A DNA stretch of 32,000 bases, taken from assembly GCF_013365455.1 (NCBI RefSeq), contig NZ_CP046578.1:30001-62000 (forward strand). Reading direction: 5' to 3'. Position numbers and translations under genes: made by a program. A model generated the notes under the pieces. The model was given only the letters and a program-made list of their open reading frames with translations, was not told the DNA's origin and searched no databases. The stretch comes from Wolbachia endosymbiont of Dirofilaria (Dirofilaria) immitis (GTDB lineage: Bacteria > Pseudomonadota > Alphaproteobacteria > Rickettsiales > Anaplasmataceae). This document shows, piece by piece, positions 1 to 11,207 of this stretch; position 1 is the stretch's first letter, and every line of letters starts with the position of its first letter.

Positions 1-289
1 CAAAGGGTATGTATAGTTATTATTTTGTAACCTGCTAAAAAATATAGAAGTATTGTGGCAAGTATATCTATAAAGAACATCATCTAATTAAGTATTTTTT
101 TTGGTAACATTCGGATACGTTTTTCCAGGTTTTTTTAGTGTTATTGAGCTCTTGTTTAGCTTCCTAAATTTTATCTATACGGTCTAGATTTTCTACTCTT
201 TTCTAATCTTGGATTTAGGTCTTTAGTGCTTGTTGTATTATTTTAACCTATTTTGTATCACATAAGCTTTTCTATGTTAATTACAGATG

Positions 290-871
290 TTACCATTTAT
301 AAAACTTGTATTCCTTATTTTGCAGAAGATTTACAATATTTTTATGGTGCTTTAAAAAAATTAATATTGCTATAGTTAATAGTGCAAAAAATAACTCTCT
401 TTGGAAAAAGAGAGCTGCTATAACAGCTGTTGTAGTAGAAATTAAAGAAGCAAGAGAAGAATATCGAAAGGTAGAAAATGCTGCTAGCCAAATAAATGTA
501 AACACTAATGTCACATAGGTATTAAGTGCTATCAGAATTCCTAAAGTTGTTGCAACTCCCTTTCCTCCATTAAATTTTAGCCAAATAGGAAACATATGTC
601 CTAGAACTACTAATATTGCAGAGATATATGTATCACTATCAGAAAATTGCTGTGTTACGTAAACTGCAATAAATCCTTTTAAGGAATCTAGAAATAATGC
701 TAGAGCAGCAAGTTTTTTATTTCCTGTTCTTGCAACATTTGTAGCACCAATATTTCCGGAACCTATTTCTCTTAAATTTATTCCTTTTATCCTTGTAATG
801 ATTGAACTAAATGGTATTGAACCCAATATGTATGATAATATAAGAATTATATACTTTTCAATCACGCTCAC
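290..871 (-). CDS. plsY: Glycerol-3-phosphate acyltransferase PlsY, membrane protein
   Basis: 193 aa ORF. The N-term SYILGSIPFSSIITRIKGINLREIGSGNIGATNVART and the downstream FPIWLKFNGGKGVATTLG are PlsY family signatures. The start appears to be GTG at 871. Confidence 0.95.
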   Translation of the reverse strand: MSVIEKYIILILSYILGSIPFSSIITRIKGINLREIGSGNIGATNVARTGNKKLAALALFLDSLKGFIAVYVTQQFSDSDTYISAILVVLGHMFPIWLKFNGGKGVATTLGILIALNTYVTLVFTFIWLAAFSTFRYSSLASLISTTTAVIAALFFQRELFFALLTIAILIFLKHHKNIVNLLQNKEYKFYKW

Positions 872-982
872 ATTTTTGGTACTATCTTGTACATATAGTG
901 CTAAATCTTAGAAAAACGATAGATTTAAATATCAAGTACTGGAATATTAACTTATGTTATTATATAGCTGTGCACTAAGAAC

Positions 983-2452
983 CTAATTAATTTTGTTATC
1001 CCTTAGTCTCTTTAAATAGTGTTGGACTTCATTGTTAATCTGATTACTAAATAGTATAAGTGCTATCATATTAATAAGAGCTAAACAAGAGAATAAAGTT
1101 CCACCAATGTTAGCAATGGTCATTATATCTTTAGAAAGTCCAGAGAAAAATGCTACAATTATTACTGCTATACGGTATATTACTATGCTTTTTGTGCCAA
1201 ACAAATATAGCCATCCCATTTCACAGCAGTATACAAATGAAATTACTGAAGAAAACGCAAATAAAGGTGCGGCTGTAGTTAGAAGTATAGGAAACCAAGA
1301 AGAAACTGTTTCAAATGCTCTTTGAGTAATTAGTATTCCCTCACCAACGCCGGTTTGATATACATCTGTTATTACTATTGTTATTCCTGTTAAACAACAA
1401 ATTAACATTGTATCAAAGCATGGTTCTATCATTGCAACCAGTCCAGTTCTAACTGGTTCCTCATCTTTAGCCACTGCATGTGTAATTGAGGCAGAGCCAA
1501 TACCTGCTTCACTAGCAAAAATTGCCCTTTGGATTCCAGCAACAAATGCTCCTACTACTCCTCCACCAGCGGCGTTGAAGTCTATCATATTGGAAAATAG
1601 GATTTTAAATGCATTGCCAAGATTGCTGATATTAAATGCAATGATTGTAATGCAGCTAAAAATGTATATAAGCGACATGACTGGTACTAGTGCAGAAGAT
1701 ACTATGACTATCCTTCTAATTCCACCAATGATTACTAAAGCAAGCAACACGGAAATTATAAAAGAGAGCAACCATGGATTACTATCTATCCAATTTGAGT
1801 AGCCAGACAGTATTGAGACCATTTGGTTAGTTTGAAATGCTACACTTCCGCCGAGACCAGATAATATGAAGAATAATGCATATACTGCAGCTAGGGCAAT
1901 ACCAAGTTTTTTAAACCCAAATTCTTCTAATCCATTCTTAATATATTGAAAGGGGCCACTAAATAACTGTTCCTGACCTTCTGTCCTGTGTCTGAATGCT
2001 AAGGTTACTTCAGCAAATTTTGCTGACATACCAAAAAGGCCTGTGATCATCATCCAAGGCACTGCTCCTGGTCCTCCAGTTGAAATTGCAATTGCAACAC
2101 CAGCGACAGTTCCAAGACCTACAGTACTTGAGAGTGCAGTTACAAATGCCTGAAAATGCGTAATGTGACCATCATGGTGATCTGTATCATATTTTCCACA
2201 TAAAATAGTAAATGCGTGCTTAAACATTCTTATGTTAAGGAATTTAAAACGCAGTGTTAGAAACACATAGCCAAAAGCCACTAGGAAAATTATAAATGGT
2301 ACATAGAAAACTTTAAAAAACAATATTTCACTCATGAAGTTATTTATTCCATCTAGTACAGCATCATAGCTCTTGTAAAAAACTGGAGTAGCGTATGTAT
2401 CATGAAATAATAGGCAAAATAGTAGTGCTATATATAGTAACCTGTAAATCAT
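983..2452 (-). CDS. Sodium:alanine/glycine symporter (AGCS) family protein
   Basis: 489 aa multi-TM ORF with AGCS-type motifs: GLGTVAGVAIAISTGGPGAVPWMMITGLFGMSAKFAEVTLA, GGGVVGAFVAGIQRAIFASEAGIGSASITHA and EPCFDTMLIC. Confidence 0.92.
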   Translation of the reverse strand: MIYRLLYIALLFCLLFHDTYATPVFYKSYDAVLDGINNFMSEILFFKVFYVPFIIFLVAFGYVFLTLRFKFLNIRMFKHAFTILCGKYDTDHHDGHITHFQAFVTALSSTVGLGTVAGVAIAISTGGPGAVPWMMITGLFGMSAKFAEVTLAFRHRTEGQEQLFSGPFQYIKNGLEEFGFKKLGIALAAVYALFFILSGLGGSVAFQTNQMVSILSGYSNWIDSNPWLLSFIISVLLALVIIGGIRRIVIVSSALVPVMSLIYIFSCITIIAFNISNLGNAFKILFSNMIDFNAAGGGVVGAFVAGIQRAIFASEAGIGSASITHAVAKDEEPVRTGLVAMIEPCFDTMLICCLTGITIVITDVYQTGVGEGILITQRAFETVSSWFPILLTTAAPLFAFSSVISFVYCCEMGWLYLFGTKSIVIYRIAVIIVAFFSGLSKDIMTIANIGGTLFSCLALINMIALILFSNQINNEVQHYLKRLRDNKIN

Positions 2453-3789
2453 GTTTAATACCTCTTAGAATTATAACAAAAATCTATTGTGTTTAGGGCT
2501 TTCCTTCTTAGGAGCTATATTACAATAGCATTTGGGATCATAAAGCACATAAACAAATTATTGCCTAAATAAGATATAAGTTCTGTATCTCTTGATATAC
2601 ACTGAAACCAGTGTAAAAATTTAAGGCAACATTGGTACTTTTTATTACTAAGCAAGTACACCTTTATGGTAGTAATAATAAGCTATTGTTGTGGAAATGC
2701 AAAAAAAACCTCATTAGTAGAGGAATTGGCTTACTAAAAACAAAGGTAAAACTATTAGAAATGCTGAGCTAACCAATATTGTATTTAGGCTATTGGCGCT
2801 ATATATACTAGTGATATTATTCAATGCTAGTTAAGAATGAGAGTAATATTGTGTCTACAAGTGTGGTGCAATCGTTGTAAAGCTTGAAACTTTAATTGGA
2901 CATTTTTCTTTCATAACTAAATGTGTTCTAAGCGGCTATTCTGATTACTGCTTTATTGTAAATACTGATCTTCTTATGCTGCCATTAATTCACTTAGTAC
3001 TTTATCTCATTATAGCTGATTTGTTAGAGATATCTCATGGTATTGTAAATAAAGCATTTCGATAGATTATCCTTATCTATATGGGTTAAATATATAAACA
3101 TACCTGTATGCTACGTTATCTTATAATGGGTTCTAAACCTGTTTAAATAAAAGCAATTCATTTTATTTTTTTAATATTATAGTTAAAACAAGTATCAAAA
3201 TATGGTAAAAGATATCTTCTTTCGAAGAGGTGTTTTTTATAATACTGCATTCATTTACTTAGAATCTTGTATTGTATGAAGTCATTGTAATAAGCAGTAT
3301 GCTTGCATCAGTAAATGCAAGTAATTTACCAGTTTCTGTAGATCTAATTTTTTCGAGCTTATTTCATGTGATAAAAAAACTCTGCCAGTTTTAAATTTTC
3401 AGAGTGATAAAATGATAAGTGGATGTAAGCACTGCTTTAGCGAACCTAGTATGTTATGCTAAGCATTTCAGTGATGATTGTCTAGAAATTGCAACTCTTA
3501 ATATTGTTCTCAGTTCTGATGCCAACTATTTCTGAGATTGATATTATAAATGCATAGATATAAATGATTGTATTGTCATTGTGGATTACATTTTAGGTTG
3601 AAAAGTGCTGTATTCCATCTTGGCTAAGCTAAAGTTAGTAACTTTAAGTTAGACGACATGAAAACTCTAGTTGCAATTGCCTAAGTAATTAAAATAAAGT
3701 GTTTAAATGTCTTTATATATAGAAATGAATTCAACAGTTCACTTATTTTTTAATAATGCTTCTTCACTGCTTTTTATTATAATTTATAC

Positions 3790-4560
3790 CTAGCGAGCTT
3801 TATACGTATAATATATATATAATCCAGTGCTTATTGGAATAGTAAGTGTATATACTATACCTAAGATTGGTAAAGTGATCCATGGCTTGCTGACAAAAAA
3901 TACAATGAATACTCCAAAAAGTGATACAAATATGTAAGATAAGTTTCTAGGAACATAAATGTATTTTGCAGAAAAAGTTGGAATGTGGCTGACTGAAAAA
4001 AATGAAATAGCAAAAAAGTAACAAGCTGTGTTTCTTATGTTGAAAAACTGCTCTACAATAAGTAAATGTTCACTTTCTTGAGAGTGAAAGGTAACAATTA
4101 TTGGTAACAGAGAAAGTAGAGCACATATCGGTGCTGGTACTCCAGAGAAGAAAAATTTTTCCCAGTTAAATTGCTCTAAATTTAATGATATATTGAACCT
4201 TGCAAGTCTTATCGAGATGCAGATTACATATATCATCACTAGTATCCATCCTATAACTTTAATTTCTTTTAATTTCCAAAAGTATAAAAGAAATGCGGGT
4301 GCTGCACCAAAGTTTAGAAAGTCTGCAAAAGAATCAAGTTGCGCTCCAAAATTACTAGTTAATTTTAAGATTCTGGCTATCTTGCCATCCATTCCATCTA
4401 TAATTGCTGCAATGATAATAAAAGTTACTGCAAACTCCCACTGTTCATTAAATGTGAACTTTAGTGAAGTAAGACCAGAGCATAAACCTAATAAAGTTAT
4501 AAAATTTGGAAATAATTTAGCAACAGGCAGAAACCTACTGTTATTACTATAATTGTTCAT
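3790..4560 (-). CDS. pssA: CDP-diacylglycerol--serine O-phosphatidyltransferase
   Basis: 256 aa ORF. It carries the CDP-alcohol phosphatidyltransferase motif [35 protein letters not shown]. It overlaps psd by 4 nt (ATGA arrangement). Confidence 0.94.
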   Translation of the reverse strand: MNNYSNNSRFLPVAKLFPNFITLLGLCSGLTSLKFTFNEQWEFAVTFIIIAAIIDGMDGKIARILKLTSNFGAQLDSFADFLNFGAAPAFLLYFWKLKEIKVIGWILVMIYVICISIRLARFNISLNLEQFNWEKFFFSGVPAPICALLSLLPIIVTFHSQESEHLLIVEQFFNIRNTACYFFAISFFSVSHIPTFSAKYIYVPRNLSYIFVSLFGVFIVFFVSKPWITLPILGIVYTLTIPISTGLYIYYTYKAR

Positions 4561-5249
4561 ATAATATCGAAAGTAAGCTTTTCTTGAGTATTTTTCTTGT
4601 TTAAGTTTGCTATAATTGTCTCACCACCGACAACAGTTTGTCTTTTTGAGACTCTTATTTCTGTATCAGCAGGGACATAAATATTTACTCTACTGCCAAA
4701 TCTTATAATTCCAAACCTTTCACCTGCTTTTACGTCTTGAAAAACTTTTAGATTACAAATAATACGACGTGCAACTAATCCTGCTATTTGCTCTACAATA
4801 ATTTCTTTTTCCTTTTCGTACTCAATTACAATAACTTGCTTTTCATTTTCATTGCTAGACCTATTTCTCATTGCAGAGACAAATTTACCCTTTTTGTAGT
4901 GCATTTCTTTTATTGTGCCAGATATTGGTATGCGATTTACATGCACATTCAAGATGCTCAAGAATATGCTAATAAGTGTAAATTTTTTTTCCTCTTTATT
5001 TTCCACTGATAAAGGGTAACTCACTTCTTCAATTTTTGAGATTATGCCATCAGCGGGACTTAGTATTAGACCCCTGTTGCTTGGCACAGCTCTTGCTGGG
5101 TCACGAAAGAAGTAGGTACATAATAATGTTAAAAGTAAGCATGTAATGCTAAATCTCCAAGATAAGGGGAATGCTATGCATGTCACTATAAAAGAAATTA
5201 CTATAAACAAGTAACCTTCCCTATTTATATTAGGTAACCTAAAGCACAT
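4557..5249 (-). CDS. psd: Phosphatidylserine decarboxylase proenzyme
   Basis: 230 aa ORF with [33 protein letters not shown] and a C-terminal [14 protein letters not shown]. The GS cleavage/pyruvoyl site is in the FGS context. It is co-directional with pssA. Confidence 0.93.
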   Translation of the reverse strand: MCFRLPNINREGYLFIVISFIVTCIAFPLSWRFSITCLLLTLLCTYFFRDPARAVPSNRGLILSPADGIISKIEEVSYPLSVENKEEKKFTLISIFLSILNVHVNRIPISGTIKEMHYKKGKFVSAMRNRSSNENEKQVIVIEYEKEKEIIVEQIAGLVARRIICNLKVFQDVKAGERFGIIRFGSRVNIYVPADTEIRVSKRQTVVGGETIIANLNKKNTQEKLTFDII

Positions 5250-7070
5250 AACCTTATCAGTAATAATCTATTGTTAATAATTTATCATTTATCACTTCTA
5301 ATGAAAAGTTTTTTTTAACCACCTCAAAAAAACCTTTTGGTCAATGTAAAGGTTAAGTAGTTTTTTTGATAAGAGTGTTATTCTAAATTGTAATCCTTTT
5401 GAGGATGAAAAATAAGGAGGATGTAGAGAGTAAAACTTTAGAAAGGTGTTGTCTAGAGTAAACAGAGGTTTTTGGTTTGAAAATGTAGATAAACAAGAGC
5501 AAAAAGCATGAAATATGTAGGTTTGTTGGTGGTTTCTGCTTGTAAATGGTGTAAGTAAATGTACATCCTGTGAGTACCGTGACAGATATGGAAACAGTAG
5601 AATAAAAAAAAAGAGTTTTTTATTAAAAAAAGAAAGCTAAAATGGCAGAGTGAAAGAACGAAAATTAAGGTAGAAACTTTGATTATAAGGGTAAAAGAAA
5701 GATATGAGTAGATATGAAATTTGAATTTGTATTCAACATATATAATCTTCTTTAAGAGGGTTAATATAGAAGACGAGGAAAGGAAAAAGAAAAACAATTA
5801 GAGAAAGATCTAGGTAATGTAAGGTAAGTGTAAGCAAAATTAGTTATGTGATAGATGATGCAAGCCGCACAGTGTGGGAAAAGTTATAGAAGGAATGCTG
5901 AGTTTAAGTGTAATATTTGCAGTGTTGAGATGTTTTAGTTACATAAAACGAACTATAATATCTGTTTGAAGAAGTAATGACGGGCAGTAGTTTAAAGTTT
6001 ATGTTGGAAAGTAAATGTAAATATAAATGAGCATCTGTTTGGGAAGGGTATTGATATGTAAAACTAACTACATAGACCACAAAAAAATGATAAAGTGAAG
6101 CTTTTCTGAGGAGCGTTAAGCACAATGATTTGGCTGAGGGTATAGCATTTGGTGGCTTTTAAAAAAATTGAAAAGTCGGCTATTTAATTTACTGCAATTA
6201 GTACATCGTTATGGTCTTAGTATCTGTGCTATTGAATTTTTTTACAAAACTTTTGTCAATGGGATTACTTGTTCATCATAAGACGGTTTATCAAGGCTAA
6301 GAATAAGGTAAAAGAAGCTGTATTTGTCTAGGTAGTATGGCTGAGAGGTACTTATGGTTGCATAAGTTTATTTTTCTCAGTAGACTTTATAAGATGTTAA
6401 AGAGTGATCATATTTTTTTGTGTATAGCCTATCTTAATTTCAATAGTTATGTTTGTTTAGTTTTTTTCTTACATCTCTGAATAGAGGTATATTTAAAAAA
6501 AGGTAATGTGCTTGGTATCTAGAAAAGTCTGCATGGGTGTTCTTCCATAGCAATGTTTTCCTGAGTAAGGTCTATCATTGTGCTAATAAAATATGTTTTT
6601 ATAAAAATTTATAGAAAGAACTCCGTAGATCATATTCTTTTTTGTTTTTTGGTATAGCTTTGCTTTATCTTTAAAATCTTAAAACTTTCCTAATCGTTTA
6701 TCCATGATGTCAGTATCTTATTCTCTTATAGTCTACCAATTTTAGATAACTGGAAGCTCTGTTAAATCGCTGTTTAAAGAGTAAAAATAGAGACTAAGAG
6801 GATCGAATTGAGTAAATGAAGTTTAGGAAAGCTCCAATGAAGGAAGAAATTAGTAGAAATAAGTGATGTGAAAAATTTTTATTGACTTAATTCTATTTTA
6901 TTCTGTAACCTTAAATTGGTTTTTGTTAGTTCTTAACTAAGTGTATACCTTTAATTGTAAGTAAAAGTTGATAAGTTACATCTCATTTAACTTATTTGTT
7001 AATTTAATAAATAAGCGTGAGGGGAAGTAGTTAGCTTTGGTATTGCTTCTTCCTGCCTATATAAGTAAAG

Positions 7071-7793
7071 TTGATGTCCTTTTTAATTGTAGCAAATTGG
7101 AAGATGAATGGGACAAGGTCTTCATTTGTTGATTTTATGGGTAAACTTAACAATAAGAGCAATAGAATTACCTCTAAGCTTGTGATTTGTCCTCCTTTTA
7201 CATCATTGCCAGATACTATAGAATTAAACAGTAATATTAATATAGGTGCGCAGAATTGCCATCATAAAAAATATGGATCTTACACAGGTGAAGTTAGTGC
7301 AAAGATGCTAAGAGAATTAGAGTGTACTTATGTAATACTTGGACATTCTGAAAGAGTTAACGAAATAGATAGTGAAATAAAACTTAAATTGGAAATAGCA
7401 ATGGAATCTGGTCTGCGCCCAATTGTTTGTGTAGGTGAAAATGTAGAAGATTGCAAAAGTGGGAAAACAAGGGAAGTAATAGCATATCAATGTAAAAACC
7501 GCTTGCTGGTGTATGGTGAATATATTGTAGCATATGAACCATTATGGGCGATAGGTACAGGATATGTACCAAGCAATGATAAAATTGCTGAAGTAATAGA
7601 GGTAATAAAATCCTGTGTTGGTAACAAACAGGTTATATATGGTGGTTCAGTTAATTTAGAAAATATAGGCAGTCTGCTTAGTATCTCAGATTTATCAGGG
7701 GTTTTGATTGGTAGTGCAAGTCTAGATTTTGACTACTTTTATAAAATTTTACAACAGGTTGAGAAGCCTACCAGTTCTGAAATCGGTAATTAA
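7071..7793 (+). CDS. tpiA: Triosephosphate isomerase
   Basis: 240 aa ORF with [17 protein letters not shown] and the active-site loop [10 protein letters not shown], plus VIYGGSVN. The ORF track starts at TTG 7071. ATG at 7074 is the likely true start. Confidence 0.95.
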   Translation: MMSFLIVANWKMNGTRSSFVDFMGKLNNKSNRITSKLVICPPFTSLPDTIELNSNINIGAQNCHHKKYGSYTGEVSAKMLRELECTYVILGHSERVNEIDSEIKLKLEIAMESGLRPIVCVGENVEDCKSGKTREVIAYQCKNRLLVYGEYIVAYEPLWAIGTGYVPSNDKIAEVIEVIKSCVGNKQVIYGGSVNLENIGSLLSISDLSGVLIGSASLDFDYFYKILQQVEKPTSSEIGN

Positions 7794-7802
7794 AAAACTT
7801 GC

Positions 7803-9044
7803 ATGATGCATACTGATAGATTCAAGGAATACAAAATAGCGGCGTTAATAGTTGCAGCAGGAATAGGCAGTAGATGTAATGGTGTAATTTCTAAGCAGTA
7901 TATAAAGCTGGTAGGTAAACCTGTTTTATTTCATACAGTCAGAAAGTTCTTAGCTAACCGACATATAGATTATGTAAGAGTGGTCATTAACCAAAATCAT
8001 GAAAATTTCTATAAAGAAGCTATATCATCAATTATAGATACTAAATTGCTGAGCCCAGTGTACGGGGGGAAAATTAGGCAAAACTCAGTTAAATTTGGAC
8101 TTGAAAGTTTACAAAAAATGAATTTAGATTTTGTCATTATACACGATGCGTGTAGGCCTTTTGTGTCAGATACTCTAATAGATAACTTAGCTCAGTTTAT
8201 GGTTGATGGTCAGCATGTTGGAGTAGTACCAGCAATGGAGGTTGAAAGTACTATGTTAGTGGTAGATAATGGTTTCATTAAATCCTCGATTTCAAGAGAG
8301 AAGCTCAGAGAGGTACAAACTCCTCAAATCTTTGACTTTAAAGAATTATTATTATGTCATCAATCAAATAAAGAATTTACTGATGATTCATCACTTATGA
8401 TAGGGCATAAAAAATGTGTTGCGATTATTAGAGGTGAAAAAAGCAATTTTAAGTTGACTACAAAAGAAGATATTGGTGTGGCGAATCTTCTTCTTGAAGA
8501 GCCAAAATATCGTGTTGGAACAGGTTATGATATACATAAGTTTGTTAAGGCTCAAAATAAAGCCAAGAGCTTTATAAGAGTTTGTGGTGTAGAAATTGAG
8601 TATGATATGGTAATAGAAGCACATTCTGATGGCGATGTAGCAATACATGCAATAGTTGATGCAATACTGGGAGCACTAGGATGTGACGATATAGGGAAAT
8701 ATTTCCCATCCAGTTCTGTTAATTGGAAAGATTGTAACTCATCTTATTTCCTTAGCTTTGCTGCTGCAAAAGCTAAAGAAAGAGGGTATCGTGTATCTAA
8801 TTTAGATGTCACTATAGTTTGTGAGGAGCCTAAAATATCGCCTTATAGAGCAAAGATGAAGAAATTTATATCAAGAGTATTGGGGATTGATGATGAATTT
8901 GTAAATGTCAAAACAACTACTGCAGAAAAGTTAGGTTCTATTGGAAGAAGTGAAGGAATAGCAGCACATGCTTCTGTGTTATTATACAAGTTAGTGTCTT
9001 ACGCTAATTTTTCCTTAACACTTATGGCTTTATTTCTTAAGTAG
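7803..9044 (+). CDS. ispDF: Bifunctional 2-C-methyl-D-erythritol 4-phosphate cytidylyltransferase / 2,4-cyclodiphosphate synthase
   Basis: 413 aa ORF. The IspD half has AALIVAAGIGSRC, IIHDACRPFVS and VQTPQIFDF. The IspF half has RVGTGYDIHKF, HSDGDVAIHAIVDAILGALGCDDIGKYFP and VKTTTAEKLGSIGRSEGIAAHA. Confidence 0.94.
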   Translation: MMHTDRFKEYKIAALIVAAGIGSRCNGVISKQYIKLVGKPVLFHTVRKFLANRHIDYVRVVINQNHENFYKEAISSIIDTKLLSPVYGGKIRQNSVKFGLESLQKMNLDFVIIHDACRPFVSDTLIDNLAQFMVDGQHVGVVPAMEVESTMLVVDNGFIKSSISREKLREVQTPQIFDFKELLLCHQSNKEFTDDSSLMIGHKKCVAIIRGEKSNFKLTTKEDIGVANLLLEEPKYRVGTGYDIHKFVKAQNKAKSFIRVCGVEIEYDMVIEAHSDGDVAIHAIVDAILGALGCDDIGKYFPSSSVNWKDCNSSYFLSFAAAKAKERGYRVSNLDVTIVCEEPKISPYRAKMKKFISRVLGIDDEFVNVKTTTAEKLGSIGRSEGIAAHASVLLYKLVSYANFSLTLMALFLK

Positions 9045-9754
9045 GGCACTTCAGTAGTTTAAAACCTGCCTGAAAACTGATTTCAGAAGATATTTCTTTC
9101 ATCTTTAATAAAATTTCTTCAAATATTGCTTTATTTGTTGCTAGCACACGGTCAAGTTTTAGGTCGAGGAGCTTTGATAGAAACATGAAAAATTAACTTT
9201 AAAGATGTTGATAATAATGCAATATTTTCGTAAATGTTTAATCTTTTATATCTATATTTTAAAGTTTTAGATGCGTTAATTGTGAGAATGATCTTCTTCT
9301 CCACATGAGTCTGAAATTATATCTTAGTACAGCTTCGTTTGGTAAATATCTGCTACGCAGTTTATGGATGCAAAAACATTATCCAAATTAAAGTGCCTTA
9401 CGTTTACTTTTTGGTGTGCTTCTTAGCGTACATATTCACTCTCTATTTTTTCTTCTATTTAGAAATAGTCCACTAATTTATGTATCCTATAAAATTTTAT
9501 ATATTCTATCTTTATCAAGAATTTTTTGATTTACACAATTTTCTATAATCTTGTCGCATGATTAAGTACTGAGATGAAAGGTTCATATGCGGAAGCCCAG
9601 ATGTGAGATTTGCTGTACATTATATAATAGTTTTACCTTATATTATCATTAGAGCTTTTGGATATTGCTTTCAGTTATAGAATTAAGTTGTGGTGTTACT
9701 TAAGTTAGAATTAATATAAGTCCAATTTAAGGAATTATTATTATAATTTTATTA

Positions 9755-10200
9755 TAATTGTAATGTGTTATACCTTTGCCCATCCAAAAGTTTTATACCT
9801 GTTTCTCTAATAAGTAACTCGTAACCTTAAAGCAATTTTAGAATAGCTTCATCATCACTAGCCTCTATTTTGCTGTAATGAATGTTTTCCACCTGGTCTT
9901 ATAAAAGAAGTGATGGATTTTGTGGAATCGTTTCTACACTTTGTGTAGAGAAATTATGGGTTATATTGCGAATATCTTGCGTTGATAAAATTTTTCCAGA
10001 CTTTCCGGTAAAGCAGAATGGTTGGATTTGCTACCACCTGGATAACCAATAGGTTCTACTTTTTAGTAAAACTCAATTGTAATGGACTTATTTCAAAATA
10101 TTGTTCTGTGTTATTCGGATAATTTTGAATTTTAGGAGTGGAAATAATTATTCTTAGGACCAAGTAATCCTCTTATCACAGTTGAAAAAAATTATTGAGA
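9755..10200 (-). pseudogene. Probable decayed protein gene, identity unknown
   Basis: In one minus-strand frame from about 10030 down to about 9755: QIQPFCFTGKSGKILSTQDIRNITHNFSTQSVETIPQNPSLLL*DQVENIHYSKIEASDDEAILKLL*GYELLIRETGIKLLDGQRYNTLQL*. It is preceded in another frame by PKIQNYPNNTEQYFEISPLQLSFTKK*. Confidence 0.5.
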
Positions 10201-11207
10201 AGCCTTTCGTTATCATCCAAAGAAAATTAGCTGTTACTATATTGTAATTGTAACAAAGGTAAAACTACAGTGGTCATTAATCTTGACCTCCTTTCTTTGA
10301 TTAGAGAGCATAAATTCAGTATTTGTATGATCATAAACGAGAAACCATAGAAGATTCACGTGTATAGAATCTCTGTTTTACTTTGGTAGCTTTGCTATGA
10401 GGGCAGCAATGGCTTTCCTTATTCATTTGCAAACAACTTTATACATTTTATACATATGATATTCGAGAATACATTTACTATCTTGCCAGTAGTACTTGAG
10501 CCAAGCTCTGATCATGTATCTGCGAAATACGTTATCTTACTTGTAAGTAGAAAGGAAAGTAGAACAAGAATCATGCTGGTTAAAATTAATATCAATAAGC
10601 AAAGTTGATATTTGCTTGCATAAAAGATAAAAGTAAACTCTGATACGAAGTGCTAGTGTATGGCTTACTGACTTATTGATGTTTATATAGTATCCGGAAT
10701 ATAGTTTCTTAAATTATTTATCTTATTTAGCAATACTGCTAGAGAGGTTATTTTGGTAATAGCTATTATCATAATCTAATAATATAGCAGTACTTAGTTC
10801 AACAATGTTTTTACGGAGATTAAAGAGCCTGCTTAGTTTCAAAAAAATAGTTGCGTAATTTGACACTGCACTCAAGTAAAAATAATATTAATATATAAAA
10901 TATAATGAAGTATTATGTTATGGAAGGAGTTACTTACATCTAGTGTTGAAGCACAATCTACAATGGCTTTTATTATTGAGTATGAGTTAAAGTGGAATAT
11001 CTATAATTTAAACTCATGCTGCTAGCAGTATTGCTGTAGTATGCACTGGGAATGGAGAATGCAACTTGCTCTGTTGTGATGCTATTTATGTTTCACTTGA
11101 ATTATCAGTGAAATAAGGTTAATATAAGGTTACATCAATCAGTTGAAAATTGACTCTATATTAATATTATAATATTTTATAGATCAAAAATAAGAAGGGA
11201 AGTAGGT

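Noticed and set aside
4193-5009. Plus-strand ORFs 4193-4552 and 4788-5009
   Set aside because: They are antisense shadows of pssA and psd, and are low-complexity or lack motifs.
5453-6125. 114 aa and 73 aa minus-strand ORFs
   Set aside because: Their F/L/S/Y/H-rich low-complexity composition is expected from the complement of a purine-rich strand. No domain or gene context supports them.
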